DNA of 64,000 bases from Macrostomum lignano (lineage: Eukaryota). Both the position numbers and the translations under genes were made by a program. How positions within the stretch are numbered: position 1 is the first letter of the stretch; every line of letters begins with the position of its first letter. Of the stretch, positions 58,315-64,000 are shown in pieces. Below the pieces are notes generated by a model, which had not been told where the DNA came from, made no database searches, and saw only the letters and a program-made list of their open reading frames with translations. The stretch lies in NCBI GenBank assembly GCA_002269645.1, contig NIVC01000398.1, positions 1-64,000 on the forward strand, given 5' to 3'.

Positions 58315-61300
58315 CACAGTCAATTGTCACTGACAATCAAATGTCACTGACAGTCAATTGACACTGACAATCAAATGTCACTGACAGTCAATTGACACTG
58401 GCAGTCAAATGACACTGACAGTCAATTGACACTGACAATCAAATGTCACTGACAGTCAATTGACACTGACAATCAAATGTCACTGACAGTCAATTGACAC
58501 TGGCAGTCAATTGACACTGGCAGTCAAACGACACTGGCAGTCAAATGACACTGACAGTCAAATGACACTGACAGTCAAATGACACTGGCAATCAAATGTC
58601 ACTGACAGTCAAATGACACTGGCAGTCAATTGTCACTGACAGTCAAATGACACTGGCAGTCAAATGACACTGACAGTCAAATGACACTGACAGTCAAATG
58701 ACACTGGCAGTCAAATGACACTGACAGTCAAATGACACTGACAGTCAATTGACACTGACAGTCAAATGACACTGACAGTCAATTGACACTGACAGTCAAA
58801 TGACACTGGCAGTCAATTGTCACTGACAGTCAAATGACACTGACAGTCAAATGACACTGACAGTCAAATGTCAGTGGCAGTCAATTGTCACTGACAGTCA
58901 AATGACACTGACAGTCAAATGTCAGTGGCAGTCAATTGTCACTGACAGTCAAATGACACTGACAGTCAAATGACACTGACAGTCAAATGTCAGTGGCAGT
59001 CAATTGTCACTGACAGTCAAATGACACTGACAGTCAAATGTCAGTGGCAGTCAATTGTCACTGACAGTCAAATGACACTGACAGTCAATTGACACTGACA
59101 ATCAAATGTCACTGACAGTCAATTGACACTGACAATCAAATGTCACTGACAGTCAATTGACACTGACAATCAAATGTCACTGACAGTCAAATGACACTGA
59201 CAATCAAATGTCACTGACAGTCAATTGACACTGACAATCAAATGTCACTGACAGTCAATTGACACTGACAATCAAATGTCACTGACAGTCAATTGACACT
59301 GACAATCAAATGTCACTGACAGTCAATTGACACTGACAATCAAATGTCACTGACAGTCAATTGACACTGACAATCAAATGTCACTGACAGTCAATTGTCA
59401 CTGACAATCAAATGTCACTGACAGTCAATTGACAATGACAATCAAATGTCACTGACAGTCAATTGACACTGACAATCAAATGTCACTGACAGTCAATTGA
59501 CACTGACAATCAAATGTCACTGACAGTCAATTGACACTGACAATCAAATGTCACTGACAGTCAATTGACACTGACAATCAAATGTCACTGACAGTCAATT
59601 GTCACTGACAATCAAATGTCACTGACAGTCAATTGACAATGACAATCAAATGTCACTGACAGCCAATTGACAATGACAATCAAATGTCACTGACAGTCAA
59701 TTGACACTGACAATCAAATGTCACTGACAGTCAATTGACACTGACAGTCAATTGACACTGACAATCAAATGTCACTGACAGTCATTTGACACTGACAATC
59801 ATGTCACTGACAGTCAATTGTTGACACTGACAATCAAATGTCACTGACAGTCAAATGACACTGACAGTCAAATGACACTGGCAGTCAATTGACACTGACA
59901 GTCAAATGACACTGGCAGTCAAATGACACTGGCAGTCAATTGTCACTGACAGTCAATTGTCACTGACAGTCAAATGTCAGTGGCAGTCAATTGTCACTGA
60001 CAGTCAAATGACACTGGCAGTCAATTGTCACTGACAGTCAAATGACACTGGCAGTCAAATGTCAGTGGCAGTCAATTGTCACTGACAGTCAAATGACACT
60101 GACAGTCAAATGTCAGTGGCAGTCAATTGACACTGACAATCAAATGTCACTGACAGTCAATTGTCACTGACAATCAAATGTCACTGACAGTCAATTGTCA
60201 CTGACAATCAAATGTCACTGACAGTCAATTGACACTGACAATCAAATGTCACTGACAGTCAATTGACACTGACAATCAAATGTCACTGACAGTCAATTGA
60301 CACTGACAATCAAATGTCACTGACAGTCAATTGACACTGACAATCAAATGTCACTGACAGTCAATTGACACTGACAATCAAATGTCACTGACAGTCAAAT
60401 GACACTGACAGTCAAATGACACTGGCAGTCAATTGACACTGACAGTCAAATGACACTGGCAGTCAAATGCCACTGACAGTCAAATGTCAGTGGCAGTCAA
60501 TTGTCACTGACAGTCAAATGCCACTGACAGTCAAATGACACTGACAGTCAATTGACACTGACAGTCAAATGACACTGGCAGTCAATTGTCACTGACAGTC
60601 AAATGACACTGACAGTCAAATGTCAGTGGCAGTCAATTGTCACTGACAGTCAAATGTCAGTGGCAGTCAATTGTCACTGACAGTCAAATGCCACTGACAG
60701 TCAAATGACACTGGCAGTCAATTGACACTGACAATCAAATGTCACTGACAGTCAAATGACACTGACAGTCAAATGACACTGGCAGTCAAATGACACTGGC
60801 AGTCAATTGACACTGACAGTCAAATGACACTGGCAGTCAAATGCCACTGACAATCAAATGTCACTGACAGTCAATTGACACTGACAGTCAAATGACACTG
60901 GCAGTCAGTTGTCACTGACAGTCAAATGACACTGACAGTCAAATGTCAGTGGCAGTCAATTGTCACTGACAGTCAAATGACACTGACAGTCAAATGTCAG
61001 TGGCAGTCAATTGTCACTGACAGTCAAATGCCACTGACAGTCAAATGACACTGGCAGTCAATTGACACTGACAATCAAATGTCACTGACAGTCAATTGAC
61101 ACTGACAATCAAATGTCACTGACAGTCAAATGACACTGACAGTCAAATGACACTGGCAGTCAAATGACACTGGCAGTCAATTGACACTTACAGTCAAATG
61201 ACACTGGCAGTCAATTGTCACTGACAGTCAAATGACACTGACAGTCAAATGTCAGTGGCAGTCAATTGTCACTGACAGTCAAATGCCACTGACAGTCAAA

Positions 61301-61545
61301 TGACACTGACAGTCAATTGACACTGACAGTCAAATGACACTGGCAGTCAATTGTCACTGACAGTCAAATGACACTGACAGTCAAATGTCAGTGGCAGTCA
61401 ATTGTCACTGACAGTCAAATGACACTGACAGTCAAATGTCAGTGGCAGTCAATTGTCACTGACAGTCAAATGCCACTGACAGTCAAATGCCACTGACAGT
61501 CAAATGTCACTGACAGTCAAATGACACTGGCAGTCAATTGTGACA
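58315..61545. repeat. 3.2-kb array of 17-bp palindrome-rich units (ACTGACAGTCAAATGAC and variants) with 34-bp dimers
   Basis: About 190 units. They contain TGACAGTCA and GTCAATTGAC palindromes. Confidence 0.97.
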
Positions 61546-62244
61546 GATCTAATTAAATTCTCTTTTGTACTGGTAGTTTTAAAATAAATACTCTACGTGA
61601 ATACTTGATAAAGCTTGAACAGTATTATGGGTTGCCATTGTATTTAGCAGTTGCCTATCTTCATGCACTCCAGAGTGGATCAATGGGTGCCTGCAAGTAC
61701 AGCAGTATTTTATTGCATCATCGATTTTGAAAACGAAGGATGCTGCAGAGCAGCCTTGTATTATATATATTAATCTATTTTTATGACTTTCTAAATTTGA
61801 CATGTCAGAAAACGAGGCCCGTCGTAACAATATACGTTAGTGAAGACTAGCGATTGGGGTTAGTTCAGCTTTGCGAGTCCTATGGGATAAATTTCTGTTG
61901 TTGTACATCTAAATTTAGATGCCTCAATGTAGTCCTTATGATTATAGTATGTAAGCGTTGAGTTTATTGGATTATTAAGATTTTATCATTTTGACTTGTA
62001 CGCTCGTATGATGTCTGATGATTCTACAAAATCCCTCTTTGTGGCCCCTAATTTAAATTGGTAATTTCAGTCTGGCCTCATAAAGAAGCAGTCTACATGT
62101 AGACTATTTCTATGCTTTTATAAATCATTATGCCGTCTGCCTTTTGTCGATGAATTTATTTCATATTTTCATTCCTCCTGCAAGTGCACATCCACTTCTT
62201 ACTGGTAGATATGGCACATTTTTTTTAATACCACTTCCATTTTG

Positions 62245-63487
62245 TGGTGATCTTGACGATACTTTGTGGTAGATCTTGACGATACTTTGTGGTGATCTTG
62301 ACGATACTTTGTGGTAGATCTTGACGACACTTTGTGGTGATCTTGACGATACTTTGTGGTAGATCCTGACCTGACGATACTTTATGGTAGATCTTGACGA
62401 TACTCTGTGGTAGATCTTGACGACACTTTGTGGTGATCTTGACGATACTTTGTGGTAGATCTTGACGACACTGGTAGATCTTGACGACACTGGTAGATCT
62501 TGACGACACTGGTAGATCTTGACGACACTTTGTGGTGATCTTGACGATACTTTGTGGTAGATCCTGACCTGACGATACTTTATGGTAGATCTTGACGACA
62601 CTTTGTGGTAGATCTTGACGACACTTTGTGGTAGATCTTGACGACACTTTGTGGTAGATCCTGACCTGACGATACTTTATGGTAGATCTTGACGGTACTC
62701 TGTGGTAGATCTTGACGACACTTTGTGGTGATCTTGACGATACTTTGTGGTGATCTTGACGACACTTTGTGGTAGATCTTGACGACACTTTGTGGTGATC
62801 TTGACGATACTTTGTGGTGATCTTGACGATACTTTGTGGTAGATCTTGACGACACTTTGTGGTAGATCTTGACGACACTTTGTGGTGATCTTGACGATAC
62901 TTTGTGGTAGATCTTGACGTCACTTTGTGGTAGATCTTGACGATACTTTGTGGTAGATCTTGACGATACTTTGTGGTAGATCTTGACGATACTTTGTGGT
63001 AGATCTTGACGATACTTTGTGGTAGATCTTGACGATACTTTGTGGTAAATCTTGACGATACTTTGTGGTAGATCTTGACGATACTTTGTGGTAGATCTTG
63101 ACGATACTTTGTGGTAGATCTTGACGATACTTTGTGGTAGATCTTGACGTCACTTTGTGGTAGATCTTGACGATACTTTGTGGTAGATCTTGACGTCACT
63201 TTGTGGTAGATCTTGACGATACTTTGTGGTAGATCTTGACGATACTTTGTGGTAGATCTTGACGATACTTTGTGGTAGATCTTGACGATACTTTGTGGTA
63301 GATCTTGACGATACTTTGTGGTAAATCTTGACGATACTTTGTGGTAGATCTTGACGATACTTTGTGGTAGATCTTGACGATACTTTGTGGTAGATCTTGA
63401 CGACACTGGTAGATCTTGACGTCACTTTGTGGTAGATCTTGACGACACTGGTAGATCTTGACGACACTTTTGGTAGATCTTGACGAT
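62245..63487. repeat. 23-bp minisatellite (GTGGTAGATCTTGACGATACTTT)n
   Basis: Tandem periodicity. Confidence 0.97.
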
Positions 63488-64000
63488 TTGCTTTTCAATA
63501 GAATGTAGCGAGAACTTTTTTTTGCGTTTTGCCAGTGCAGCATTGACTCAAATATTGACCTAAAATATCTGTTTGCCACTTCGTCAAAGAATGTAATCAT
63601 CATCATTGTCGCCTGTACGACTGTCTACTTCAATTTTTCACAGCGCGTGTTGCCACAGCTTGTAATTCGAGGATCTCTTCTCCATCGACCAGTTTATTTC
63701 GATTCGGTTTCTTTTTTAGGGTCCTTGGTTTTTTCGATGAACTCGCATTGACTGAAGCGTTGAATATCCTGTAGCCTTGTTGTTGATAAGCTAAGAATAT
63801 GCTTTTTGATATGCTGCGATAATCTCACAGAATCCGTGTCGATAGACTTGCGCGCATGTTCAAATCTGTCAATCAATTTTGCATATATTTATAGCTCGTA
63901 TTTATATAAAAAGCATTTGCCCGTCAGCCTGATTCTGCTTAGTAAAGTAAAACTCTTATAGAACAACTCAATGATTAAGAACTTACATTAGCAGTGTGGC

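Noticed and set aside
61579-61830. SWIM zinc finger of a Mutator transposase (CTCRH..)
   Set aside because: The second C-x-H pair is missing and no DDE region is visible.

Overview
Eukaryotic (metazoan) genomic DNA: GC- and CpG-rich exons sit in introns packed with minisatellites and short DNA transposons. This style resembles the flatworm Macrostomum lignano (inference only). Three spliced protein-coding genes can be built by hand with consistent GT-AG sites and intron phases. (1) A 19-exon minus-strand VPS13A/C-like bridge lipid-transfer gene (18233-42823, about 2358 aa). It seems to lack two hallmark parts: the VAB adaptor-binding region, whose position is taken by a 215-aa Gly/Ser/Thr/Asn linker with a 14-aa tandem repeat, and the ATG2_C amphipathic helices. 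(2) A 4-exon minus-strand F-box gene (11904-15599, about 398 aa) with a possible PP2/FBA-like lectin C-terminus. (3) A plus-strand RS/RGG-rich BCLAF1/THRAP3-like gene (54953-56549). The rest is two Tc1 remnants, two opposed RTE-type LINE fragments, several hAT, Mutator-like and TA-flanked MITEs (including a multi-layer nest at 46-50 kb), more than 25 tandem arrays, and CpG-void, CTAG-rich domains. No rRNA, CRISPR or prokaryotic features. Domain comparisons are from memory of human VPS13A and BCLAF1/THRAP3 and need a real alignment.
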